DNA of 64,000 nt. It comes from an uncultured Bacteroidales bacterium (GTDB taxonomy: Bacteria; Bacteroidota; Bacteroidia; Bacteroidales; UBA10428). Numbering within the stretch: the first letter of the stretch is position 1; each line of letters opens with the position of its first letter. Below are positions 1-8,023 of this stretch, in pieces. The position numbers and the translations under genes are program-made. The stretch spans positions 10,179-74,178 of the forward strand of contig CAZLLD010000006.1 in the NCBI GenBank assembly GCA_964560225.1, in the 5' to 3' direction. The notes under the pieces are model-generated. The model was not told where the DNA came from. It was given only the letters and a program-made list of their open reading frames with translations, and searched no databases.

Positions 1-860
1 TGTTCGACCTGGGTATCGTATCTACCGATGAGCCTTTTCAGAAACTTTACAACCAGGGAATGATCCTGGCCTTTGCCTATGAAACAGCCACCGGCGCCAA
101 AGTACCTGCTGACCTGGTTGAAGACCGCGAAGGGAAATATTTCCACCGCGAAACAGGTGAGGAACTGCGGCAGATTGTTGCCAAAATGTCAAAGTCGCTT
201 AAGAATGTGGTGAATCCTGACGATGTGGTGAAACTATATGGCGCTGATTCCCTGCGCCTGTATGAAATGTTCATGGGCCCGCTGGATGTGATCAAACCGT
301 GGACCGACACCGGTGTGAAAGGGGTATTTGGTTTCCTGGGCCGGGTAACCCGGTTTTTTGGCGAAGCAGAAAATGTAAATGCCGCTGAAGATGATATGGA
401 AATTCTGAAAGGCCTGCACCAGACCATTAAAAAGGTCAGCCAGGATATTGAATCCCTCAAGTTCAACACGGCCATTTCGCAGATGATGATCTTCACCAAC
501 CTGTGCATTAAAAAAGGCAAGGTGACCAAACAAACGGCGGAAGCTTTTATATGCGTGCTTGCCCCCTTTGCTCCGCACCTGGCCGAAGAACTTTGGGCGT
601 TTTACGAAAACAAGCCCAGCATCAGCCAGCAGGATTTTCCTGTCGCAAATGAAACTTATTTACAAGAAGATACGTTTGATTATCCGGTATCCTTCAATGG
701 CAAGCTTCGCTTCAAACTCATGCTGCCGCTGTCCATGCAGGCTGCAGAAGTTGAAAAGGCAGTCAGGGAGGATCCCCAGTCAACCAAGTGGATTGAAGGA
801 AAGCAGATCAAAAAGATCATCTTCGTCCCCGGTAAAATAATTAACGTAGTAGTTGCTTAG
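1..860 (+). CDS. leuS: leucyl-tRNA synthetase, C-terminal part (5' end outside window)
   Basis: Frame is open from nt 3 (FDLGIVSTDEPFQKLYNQGMI...). Class I KMSKS signature (VAKMSKSLKNVV) is followed by a LeuS-type C-terminal domain. Confidence 0.9.
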   Translation, partial: FDLGIVSTDEPFQKLYNQGMILAFAYETATGAKVPADLVEDREGKYFHRETGEELRQIVAKMSKSLKNVVNPDDVVKLYGADSLRLYEMFMGPLDVIKPWTDTGVKGVFGFLGRVTRFFGEAENVNAAEDDMEILKGLHQTIKKVSQDIESLKFNTAISQMMIFTNLCIKKGKVTKQTAEAFICVLAPFAPHLAEELWAFYENKPSISQQDFPVANETYLQEDTFDYPVSFNGKLRFKLMLPLSMQAAEVEKAVREDPQSTKWIEGKQIKKIIFVPGKIINVVVA

Positions 861-863
861 TGT

Positions 864-2171
864 ATGAAAAAGTTTGTAAAAATTGCCCTTGTAGCCGGTC
901 CTGTATTATTACTGGCCGCAGCGGCATACTGGCTCATGTTACCCCGTTTCAACCAAGGGGTTCCGCAGGATGAAATAACGCAATCACCATCTGTTGAAAA
1001 GCCGGTGACCCGGTTGTATGGTATTGCCGTTGATTCCTTTATTGTAGAAAACAATAAAATCGGAAGAGACCAGAACCTGGGGCAAATTTTACACAAATAT
1101 GTGCTGCCCGAACGTGCTTTCACGCAGTTGCTGATGTATGCCGACCGGGTGTTTGATCTTCGGAAAATCCGCCAGGGCAATAATTACACCGCCTTTGTTT
1201 CCAATGACACAATGAACAGGCTGCAGTATTTTGTTTATGAGCATTCGCCCATGGACTATGTGGTTTTCGATTTTACCGACAGTGTCCGGATTTCACTTGA
1301 ACAAAAAGAAGTGATCACCAAACAGAAAAAGGTCAGCGGGGAAATTACAACCTCACTTTGGGATGCCATCACCAAGAATAATATCAATCCGCTGGTGGCT
1401 CTGCAGCTTTCTGAAATGTATGCATGGACCGTGGATTTCTTCGGATTGCAACCGGGTGATCATTTTACCGTGGTATATGATGAAATGTACGTTGACTCGG
1501 TTTCTGTGGGTTTGGGGAAAATTCACGCCGCCAATTTCAACCATGTGGGTAAGGATCTGCTTGCAGTTCCATTTGCGCAGGACAGCGTGGAGACCTATTA
1601 CGATGCCGAAGGAAAAAGCCTGAAAAGAGCCTTCCTGAAAGCGCCGCTGCGCTTTTCGCGAATCAGCTCCCGGTTTTCGGGCAGCAGGCTGCATCCGATC
1701 CTCAAGATCAGAAGGCCTCATTACGGCGTGGATTACGCTGCACCCGTGGGAACACCGGTATATGCCATTGGCGATGGCCGGGTGATCATGAAGGATTATC
1801 AGAAAGGGGCAGGTCGTATTGTTAAAGTAAGGCATAACAGTGTTTATACAACCACTTATATGCACCTCAGCGGTTTTGGTAAGGATATCGCAGTGGGCAG
1901 ATACGTCAGACAAGGGGAACTATTGGGTTACGTAGGTAGCTCGGGATTATCCACAGGACCTCACCTCGATTTCCGGGTTACCATGAACGGCTCACCCATT
2001 GATCCTCTCAAAATGGAATCGCCCCCGGTTGACCCGGTGCGTCCTGATAAAATGGCTGCTTTTGAGGCGGTTAAGGAAGAGGTGATCCGCAAGCTTACAG
2101 GTATTGAAGAACCCCGGCTGGTGGAAAATCAGTTGATCAAACCGGTACTTTTTAAGAGTGCGGTGAATTAG
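864..2171 (+). CDS. M23 family metallopeptidase (membrane anchored)
   Basis: N-terminal TM helix. M23 motifs HYGVDYAAPVGTPVYAIGDG and GSSGLSTGPHLDF. Confidence 0.85.
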   Translation: MKKFVKIALVAGPVLLLAAAAYWLMLPRFNQGVPQDEITQSPSVEKPVTRLYGIAVDSFIVENNKIGRDQNLGQILHKYVLPERAFTQLLMYADRVFDLRKIRQGNNYTAFVSNDTMNRLQYFVYEHSPMDYVVFDFTDSVRISLEQKEVITKQKKVSGEITTSLWDAITKNNINPLVALQLSEMYAWTVDFFGLQPGDHFTVVYDEMYVDSVSVGLGKIHAANFNHVGKDLLAVPFAQDSVETYYDAEGKSLKRAFLKAPLRFSRISSRFSGSRLHPILKIRRPHYGVDYAAPVGTPVYAIGDGRVIMKDYQKGAGRIVKVRHNSVYTTTYMHLSGFGKDIAVGRYVRQGELLGYVGSSGLSTGPHLDFRVTMNGSPIDPLKMESPPVDPVRPDKMAAFEAVKEEVIRKLTGIEEPRLVENQLIKPVLFKSAVN

Positions 2172-2200
2172 AACCCTATCACTATCTCAAGCATATTTCC

Positions 2201-2230
2201 AGCCCTTCCGCTTTTGGAGGGGCTTTTTTG
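2201..2230 (+). terminator. rho-independent terminator after the M23 peptidase gene
   Basis: AGCCCTTCC-loop-GGAGGGGCT stem followed by TTTTTT, 30 nt after the stop codon. Confidence 0.75.
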
Positions 2231-2259
2231 GTTAAGCTGCCGAAATGATTTTAAGAAAT

Positions 2260-2391
2260 GAGGTTGTCTCAAAAGGCTTGCAATTCGTCATTGCGAGGGA
2301 GGCACGACCGAAGCAATCTGTGCATATGCAATAGATTGCTTCACTTCGTTCGCAATGACGTTTCTACTCAACCGCCTTTTGAGACAACCTC
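2260..2391. repeat. nested-palindrome intergenic element, copy 1 (full length)
   Basis: Outer arms are GAGGTTGTCTCAAAAGGC / GCCTTTTGAGACAACCTC. Inner arms are CGTCATTGCGAGGGAGGCACGACCGAAGCAATCT / AGATTGCTTCACTTCGTTCGCAATGACG. Near-identical inverted copy at 50057-50189. Confidence 0.9.
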
Positions 2392-2491
2392 AGCAATCCG
2401 AATGGATATTCAGTTTATTGCGCTGGGCGTAGTTTGCAACTACGACCATCATTCAGAGATGCCGATAATGAGGATTTGTAAGGTTTTCGTG

Positions 2492-3109
2492 TCATACAGA
2501 ACCAGCTGAATCCGGTGTTCTCTTCCTGGCTATTATAATCATTGACGGTGTTGTTTGCTTTGGATAACCGGAATAGGAGAAAACAACATCATAGCCGTGG
2601 TTTCTTAATATACTGCAGAGACTTTGTTCATCATATCCATATTTATGGAACTGTCCTTCGTTTTCCTGATTGCCGTATAACATTTTCATGATGTAATCTC
2701 TTCTTGCCCGGTTGTTGAAAACCGGAGAAATGAGCCAGTATTTGAACCATTTGAAAACAACTCTCTTGAAATCAGGACAAGTGATTACGAGACAACCTCC
2801 TTCACAGAGCTTTCTGTGCCATTCCCTGAGCGCCGTGCAAGCTTCCTCACGGGATAAATGCTCAATCATATGATGTGTTTCAATATAATCAATTGTTGCA
2901 TCTTCAAAGCCGGATAATTCCAAAGCGCTGATTTTCAGGTCTGCCTGTTCAGCATACAAGTCACAATTGATTACATGTTCAATCTTCTTTACTCCACATC
3001 CTAAATTCAAGCCGACCTTAGAGGAAGTTCTCAAAGCGATCAGGAACTCATCAATAGTAAGATGGGATTTACCCTTTCTAATAACGGAACCTATTGGAAG
3101 CTTAATCAT
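2492..3109 (-). CDS. class I SAM-dependent methyltransferase (orphan)
   Basis: SAM-binding motif I-like LNLGCGVKK, then an acidic loop (INCDLY) and ETHHMIEHL typical of Methyltransf_11/23-type proteins. Visibly more AT-rich than its neighbours. Confidence 0.7.
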   Translation of the reverse strand: MIKLPIGSVIRKGKSHLTIDEFLIALRTSSKVGLNLGCGVKKIEHVINCDLYAEQADLKISALELSGFEDATIDYIETHHMIEHLSREEACTALREWHRKLCEGGCLVITCPDFKRVVFKWFKYWLISPVFNNRARRDYIMKMLYGNQENEGQFHKYGYDEQSLCSILRNHGYDVVFSYSGYPKQTTPSMIIIARKRTPDSAGSV

Positions 3110-3197
3110 GAAATTATATGAATTTGCTTTTAGGATAGATTTTGAAGAGAAAAGGTTGCGCGCTTGGCCGGGTTAAATGCGGATTACTAATAAGGGA

Positions 3198-3341
3198 GGG
3201 GATTACTGGCGTGATCCCCCTTCGCTCGGCGTGGTTTTCGTAACTACGCCGCGTTAAAATGTAGTCTCGTTCAGAATTGATATTTAGAAGAAAATGCTCG
3301 GCGTAGTTTGCAACTACGTCGGGATTACTTCGTGATCCCTG
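3198..3341. repeat. second type of nested palindrome (GGGATTAC..GTGATCCC hairpins plus CGTAGTT-TGCA-AACTACG hairpins)
   Basis: Left half is GGGATTACTGGCGTGATCCC + CGCTCGGCGTGGTTTTCGTAACTACGCCGCG. Right half is GCTCGGCGTAGTTTGCAACTACGTC + GGGATTACTTCGTGATCCC, in mirrored order. A fragment GGCGTAGTTTGCAACTACG also occurs at ~2417-2445. Confidence 0.75.
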
Positions 3342-3355
3342 CGGGGGAGATCCCT

Positions 3356-3495
3356 GCAACAGAAAAACAATCCCATCAGTGCTTTGCACTGGTTTGGGCT
3401 TTTAAATTTTACAGGGACTTCAAGCGGGGCTTGAGTCTCTGTAAAATTTAAAATCCCATTCCGCCAAGGGCGGAATGGGATTGTTTTTCTGTTGC
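3356..3495. repeat. 20-bp perfect inverted repeat pair abutting the tRNA-Ser 3' end
   Basis: GCAACAGAAAAACAATCCCA (3356-3375) is the exact reverse complement of TGGGATTGTTTTTCTGTTGC (3476-3495). Two strong hairpins lie between the arms. Confidence 0.85.
3452..3482 (-). terminator. hairpin terminator downstream of tRNA-Ser (could act in both directions)
   Basis: AATCCCATTCCGCC-AAGG-GGCGGAATGGGATT perfect stem with T-rich tracts on both sides. Confidence 0.7.
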
Positions 3496-3582
3496 GGAGA
3501 GAATGGGATTCGAACCCATGAACCGCTTTTGGCGATTACACACTTTCCAGGCGTGCGCCTTCGACCACTCGGCCATCTCTCC
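3495..3582 (-). tRNA. tRNA-Ser (anticodon GGA)
   Basis: Hand-folded cloverleaf: acceptor GGAGAGA/TCTCTCC, anticodon stem CACGC/GTGTG with loop CTGGAAA, long variable arm, T-arm ATGGG-TTCGAAT-CCCAT. No encoded CCA. Confidence 0.9.
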
Positions 3583-3656
3583 TGATTGCCCAATAAACCG
3601 GAATATTCTGGTCTGAAAAGGCGCGTAAAAATAGTAAAAAAATCAATAAAAAAACC

Positions 3657-4694
3657 TCAGTCCGTCATTTCTCCCCTCAACGACAGGGCAAGGTGCTTGG
3701 ATATCCAGTTGTTATCATGGCTCACCGCAGTAAGGTACATCAGTTTGGTAACCGCAGCTTCGGTTGTAATATCCCGGCCTCCGATTACACCTGCCCCGGC
3801 AAGCAGCCTGCTGGTATCGTATAAACCCATCTCCACACTGCCGGTATTGCACTGTGTTACGTTCATGATTAGGATGCCTCGGCCCAGCGCTTCTTTTACA
3901 CAGGTGATAAACCAATCCTGGTCAGGTGCATTGCCGGCGCCAAAAGTTTCCATGATCACTGCCCGCAATCCCTGTAACTGAAATACCGATTCCACCATAT
4001 GCCGGCTGATGCCGGGGAATAGTTTGAGGATGATCAGGTTGCTGTTGAGCTCTTTGTGCACAATCAGGGGCTGTTTTTTGTTATCATACCTGATGGCACT
4101 GTAATTATACCGGATGTGTACGCCGCTTTCGGCAAGTGCCGGGTAATTGCCTGATACAAAGGCATTGAAATCCTCTGTATTATTCTTGGTGGTGCGGTTG
4201 CCCCGGTAAAGTTTGTTTTCAAAGAAGATGCCCACTTCCGGTACTACCGGCTCGCCACCTTTCATGGCCGCAGCTATTTCCAGCGACGAGATCAGGTTTT
4301 CCTTGGCATCGGTCCTTAAGGAACCAATGGGCAATTGTGAACCGGTGAATATAACCGGCTTGGCCAGATTCTCGAGCATGAAACTCAGTGCTGAGGCGGA
4401 GTAAGCCATGGTATCGGTGCCATGCAGCACAATAAAACCGTTGAAATTGCTGTAGTTCTGCTCAATAATCTCAGCAATACGTATCCATGCTGCCGGGTTA
4501 ATATTTGATGAATCCAGCGGGGGATCGAAAGCATAGGAACTCAGATTGAAACCAAACTTTTTCAGTTCGGGAACTTCCTGCAGGATGTTGTCGAACCGGA
4601 AAGGTTTCAATGCCCCTGTTTCCTGATCCTGCACCATGCCGATGGTGCCACCGGTATAAATGACCAGAATGGAAGTTTTCTTGTTTTCAACCAT
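3657..4694 (-). CDS. ansA: L-asparaginase, type I
   Basis: N-terminal catalytic motif ILVIYTGGTIGM, HGTDTM motif, ~345 aa length typical of cytoplasmic asparaginase I. Confidence 0.85.
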   Translation of the reverse strand: MVENKKTSILVIYTGGTIGMVQDQETGALKPFRFDNILQEVPELKKFGFNLSSYAFDPPLDSSNINPAAWIRIAEIIEQNYSNFNGFIVLHGTDTMAYSASALSFMLENLAKPVIFTGSQLPIGSLRTDAKENLISSLEIAAAMKGGEPVVPEVGIFFENKLYRGNRTTKNNTEDFNAFVSGNYPALAESGVHIRYNYSAIRYDNKKQPLIVHKELNSNLIILKLFPGISRHMVESVFQLQGLRAVIMETFGAGNAPDQDWFITCVKEALGRGILIMNVTQCNTGSVEMGLYDTSRLLAGAGVIGGRDITTEAAVTKLMYLTAVSHDNNWISKHLALSLRGEMTD

Positions 4695-5466
4695 GATCCA
4701 GTGAAAAAAGATTCAGTACGTTTTCTGTAGTTACAGCTGCCACTTCATCCAAAGATAGGTTTTTTATTTGTCCGATGGCTTCGGCAATAAGTGGAATGTA
4801 CGCACTCTCATTTCGTTTTCCCCTGTATGGTGCCGGCGTCAGATAGGGTGAATCGGTCTCCAGCACCAGGCTGTGCAAATCGGTTTCACGAACCACTTCT
4901 GGCAAGGTGGATTTTTTATAGGTGAGTATGCCCCCGATGCCCAGTTTGAATCCCATGCCTGTCACCTTTTTGGCAATTTCAACATCTCCGGTAAAGGCAT
5001 GGAAGATGCCATTAAGTCCCTTGCTTTTATATCCGTCAAGAATATCCAGAATTTCGCTGAACGATTCGCGGGCATGTATGACCACCGGAAGGTGATGCCG
5101 AAGTGACAAATCGAGCTGGGTGGCGAAGGCGATACGCTGCTCATGAACAAAAGTTTTGTCCCAGTACAAATCAATGCCGATTTCCCCAACTCCCGCATAA
5201 GTTCCCTTCATCAGTTCTTTTTCAACTATTAGAATCTCATCCAGATAATCTTCTTTAACTGAAGTGGGATGCAAGCCCATCATGGCGTAACAGATACCGG
5301 GGAAAGCAGTGGCCAGGTTATTCATCGAACTGATGCTGTTGCTGTCGATATTGGGCAGCAGTATTTTTCTCACTCCCTGCTGCAGGGCTGACTCAACTAC
5401 CTGATCCCGATCGTTGTCAAATTCGTGCAGGTACAGATGGGCATGGGTATCGATGAAGGAAGACAT
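4687..5466 (-). CDS. TatD family metal-dependent hydrolase
   Basis: FIDTHAHL start, conserved GEIGLD-like EIGIDLY, VIHAR and ETDSPYL motifs. Overlaps ansA by 8 nt. Confidence 0.85.
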   Translation of the reverse strand: MSSFIDTHAHLYLHEFDNDRDQVVESALQQGVRKILLPNIDSNSISSMNNLATAFPGICYAMMGLHPTSVKEDYLDEILIVEKELMKGTYAGVGEIGIDLYWDKTFVHEQRIAFATQLDLSLRHHLPVVIHARESFSEILDILDGYKSKGLNGIFHAFTGDVEIAKKVTGMGFKLGIGGILTYKKSTLPEVVRETDLHSLVLETDSPYLTPAPYRGKRNESAYIPLIAEAIGQIKNLSLDEVAAVTTENVLNLFSLDHG

Positions 5467-5469
5467 GGG

Positions 5470-5517
5470 ATAATTTGAGAATTTGATAATTTGAGAATTT
5501 GAGAATTTGATAATTTG
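5470..5517. repeat. tandem octamer array A[T/G]AATTTG x6
   Basis: ATAATTTG AGAATTTG ATAATTTG AGAATTTG AGAATTTG ATAATTTG, starting 4 nt upstream of the tatD-family start codon. Confidence 0.9.
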
Positions 5518-5610
5518 AAAACCTGCCCGCCGGATCAGACTGGTTTGAAAATTAGCCTAAATCCAGGTACAATATTAGGATAAAAATCAGTTCCTCATGA
5601 CTTATTCTTA

Positions 5611-6750
5611 TCATGTCAACTGATACACCTTGCCCGGCAGGCATTTCACAATGCCTTTAAATTCCAGGTTCAGGAGTATTCCCGACGCTTTGCTTACCGG
5701 CATGTTTCCCCGAATGGCGATCTGGTCAATTGCTGCAGACTCACCGCGGATGATTTCGGTAAGTATTTTTTCCTCATCTGTTAACTCTGTAAAAAGTTCC
5801 TGCTGGATATTTCCTTTATTCTTATCAGTCCGTTGCCATCCCATCAGGTACTCAAGGTCTTCAAGTGTTTCTATCATGGCAGCCCGGTTGGTTTTGATCA
5901 GCCGGTTGCAGCCAATGGAATATCGATCATCAACCCGACCTGGAAAAGCAAATACATCGCGGTTGTATGAATTGGCGATGTCGGCAGTTATAAGTGCTCC
6001 GCCCTGTTCGCCCGATTCCACCACAATGGTGGCATCGGCCAGTCCGGCAATGATGCGGTTCCGCTTTACAAAATTGGGAGCTTCGGGTTTTTCATCATGC
6101 CTGAATTCAGTCACCAGGGCTCCTTTTTCTACCATGAGTTTTGCGGTTTCCCGGTGTGCCGAAGGATATATGGTGGACAGGCCATGTCCCAACACACCAA
6201 CGGTGTCTATTTTGTTTTTCAGGGCAGCTTTATGGGCGCAAATGTCAATGCCGTAAGCCAGTCCGCTTACTATGAGCACGTCGGGGTGACCGGCCGCAAT
6301 CTGATCAATCAGGTTGCGCGTCATGCTCCGGCCATAATCGGTGGGATTCCGGGTTCCCACAATGCTGATCACTTTTTGCCTGCTGAGAACCACATCTCCC
6401 TTGACATAAATAATTATTGGAGCATCCTCACAAAGTTTCAGGCGCTCCGGGTATTCGTGGTCAAGGTAAAACAATGCCCTTATGCGGTGCTTTTCGATAA
6501 ACTCAATTTCCTGGTCGGCCTTATCCAGGTTTTTGTGGCTGGCAATCAGCGTGGCCAGTTTTTCGGCAATGCCGGGTATTTTGGACAGCCGGGCCTTCTT
6601 TTCGTGAAATACGCCTTCCACGCTTCCGCAATAGGCAATGAGCCGTTTGGTGAGGATGGGACCGATCTTGGGAATCAGGCCAATAGCGATCTTGTAACGA
6701 ATAGCTTCCTGAATTTTGCTTATATCTGACATCTGATAACTAACTTTCAA
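5611..6750 (-). CDS. dprA: DNA-processing protein DprA (Smf)
   Basis: Rossmann-like DprA core (IVGTRNPTDYG, SGLAYGIDICAH, GGALITA) and a C-terminal winged-helix-like tail. Confidence 0.85.
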   Translation of the reverse strand: MKVSYQMSDISKIQEAIRYKIAIGLIPKIGPILTKRLIAYCGSVEGVFHEKKARLSKIPGIAEKLATLIASHKNLDKADQEIEFIEKHRIRALFYLDHEYPERLKLCEDAPIIIYVKGDVVLSRQKVISIVGTRNPTDYGRSMTRNLIDQIAAGHPDVLIVSGLAYGIDICAHKAALKNKIDTVGVLGHGLSTIYPSAHRETAKLMVEKGALVTEFRHDEKPEAPNFVKRNRIIAGLADATIVVESGEQGGALITADIANSYNRDVFAFPGRVDDRYSIGCNRLIKTNRAAMIETLEDLEYLMGWQRTDKNKGNIQQELFTELTDEEKILTEIIRGESAAIDQIAIRGNMPVSKASGILLNLEFKGIVKCLPGKVYQLT

Positions 6751-6811
6751 CCAACAACCTACAATACATGATCAACAAACGAAACTCACCACTTACAATC
6801 CAAAACTGCTT

Positions 6812-7297
6812 CTATTTCTCATTTTCCTTTTTAATCCGGTTCAATGTAAAAAGCAGTGAATCGCGTTCTTCGGGACTCAATGCAGTGATGGACACGGGTG
6901 GATATTTTGCCAGGCCTTTTCCGGAACGTTTTAACAGTATAATTGACTCACGGTATCTCATGAAAAATGATTTCAGCGTATATCCGGCAAATTCCCTTTT
7001 CGGAATCTCAATGGAGTTCTTCTTGGAAGTGAAATAGGTTGGGGCAAAATAGCGCAGGATGATTTTATCTGATTCATCGCTGAAATAAATGTAATTGTAA
7101 TTCCGGAACGACTCGTAAAAAGCATAGATCACATAAGCAATGGCAAAAAAAATGGCCAGCAGGCTGTTTTTGATTCCCTTAAACAGGTCGTTAACCGGCA
7201 AAAAAAGCAGCAGACAAATCACCAAAACCAGAAACAGCAGTGCGAACAGCTTTCCGAGGTTTTTTTTCAATATTGTTTTTTTGATGTCTATTATCAT
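6812..7297 (-). CDS. hypothetical membrane protein (two TM helices plus a small soluble domain)
   Basis: ORF with two hydrophobic helices. No family recognised. Confidence 0.5.
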   Translation of the reverse strand: MIIDIKKTILKKNLGKLFALLFLVLVICLLLFLPVNDLFKGIKNSLLAIFFAIAYVIYAFYESFRNYNYIYFSDESDKIILRYFAPTYFTSKKNSIEIPKREFAGYTLKSFFMRYRESIILLKRSGKGLAKYPPVSITALSPEERDSLLFTLNRIKKENEK

Positions 7298-7338
7298 AAC
7301 ACGAGTGTATTACTCAAAGTTATCATTTTATTTATTTA

Positions 7339-7463
7339 ATGTCTGTCCATAAAGTCCCATTTGCTGCGTTACGCTTGTCCGAAAATTGCTCATTTACGAC
7401 TAGTAAACTCCGCATTTTCGGACTGCGCAAGCCTTGCAAATGGAACTCTCTGAACAGACACAT
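7339..7463. repeat. long imperfect palindrome (~125 nt) downstream of tadA
   Basis: Symmetric about ~7401. Arm pairs are ATGTCTGT../..ACAGACACAT, TCCCATTTGC/GCAAATGGA and GTCCGAAAAT/ATTTTCGGAC. Confidence 0.7.
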
Positions 7464-7523
7464 GACTAGTTAATCATTTTACCAACTTTATTGATAGACT
7501 CTATTTAGTAATAAGCAGATGCA

Positions 7524-7967
7524 TCACGATCTCTTTTTTGCAAAGAAATCTTTCAGCAGCTGGCTGCATTCTGTTTTAAGCACTCCTCCCTGAACAACGG
7601 TCTTTGGATGCAGCAACTTGTCCCTCACAAGCGTGTAGCCTCTTTTTTCATCATCGGCGCCAAATACTATTTTCCCGAGTTGCGTCCAGTACGAAGCTCC
7701 GGCACACATCACACAGGGTTCCAGCGTTACATACAGGGTACATTCATTCAGGTATTTGCCGCCCGTGGTGTTAGTGGCTGCTGTGAAGGCCTGCATCTCT
7801 GCATGGGCAGTGGGGTCGTTGAGCGTTTCGGTGAGGTTATGCGCACGGGCAATGATCCGGTTGTTCCACACGATAACAGCACCAACAGGTACTTCGTCAT
7901 GTTCAAGTGCCTTTTGAGCCTCTTTGAGCGCTTCGCGCATGAAATATTCGTTGCTGTAAAGTTCCAT
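7524..7967 (-). CDS. tadA: tRNA-specific adenosine deaminase
   Basis: CMP/dCMP deaminase zinc motifs HAEMQA and PCVMCAG. ATG at 7967 (MELYSNEYFMREAL) is preferred over the ORF-track start at 8006, which leaves only 17 nt to aspS. Confidence 0.85.
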   Translation of the reverse strand: MELYSNEYFMREALKEAQKALEHDEVPVGAVIVWNNRIIARAHNLTETLNDPTAHAEMQAFTAATNTTGGKYLNECTLYVTLEPCVMCAGASYWTQLGKIVFGADDEKRGYTLVRDKLLHPKTVVQGGVLKTECSQLLKDFFAKKRS

Positions 7968-8023
7968 AAGCAAATATTGTAATTTAATTCCTATTTTCGC
8001 AGTCATATTAACGGATTAATACC

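Noticed and set aside
2258-2509. 83-aa ORF on the plus strand
   Set aside because: It lies entirely inside the nested-palindrome repeat and its flank. Its amino-acid sequence is dictated by the hairpin arms, and the same element occurs inverted elsewhere.
3114-3389. 91-aa ORF (GTG start) on the minus strand
   Set aside because: It is built from the GGGATTAC/GTGATCCC and CGTAGTT..AACTACG palindromes. It has no start context and is most likely a repeat artefact.
5630-6729. Two ~210-aa ORFs antisense to dprA
   Set aside because: They are shadow ORFs of a well-supported gene, with low-complexity Ser/Pro/Ala-rich translations and no recognisable motif.
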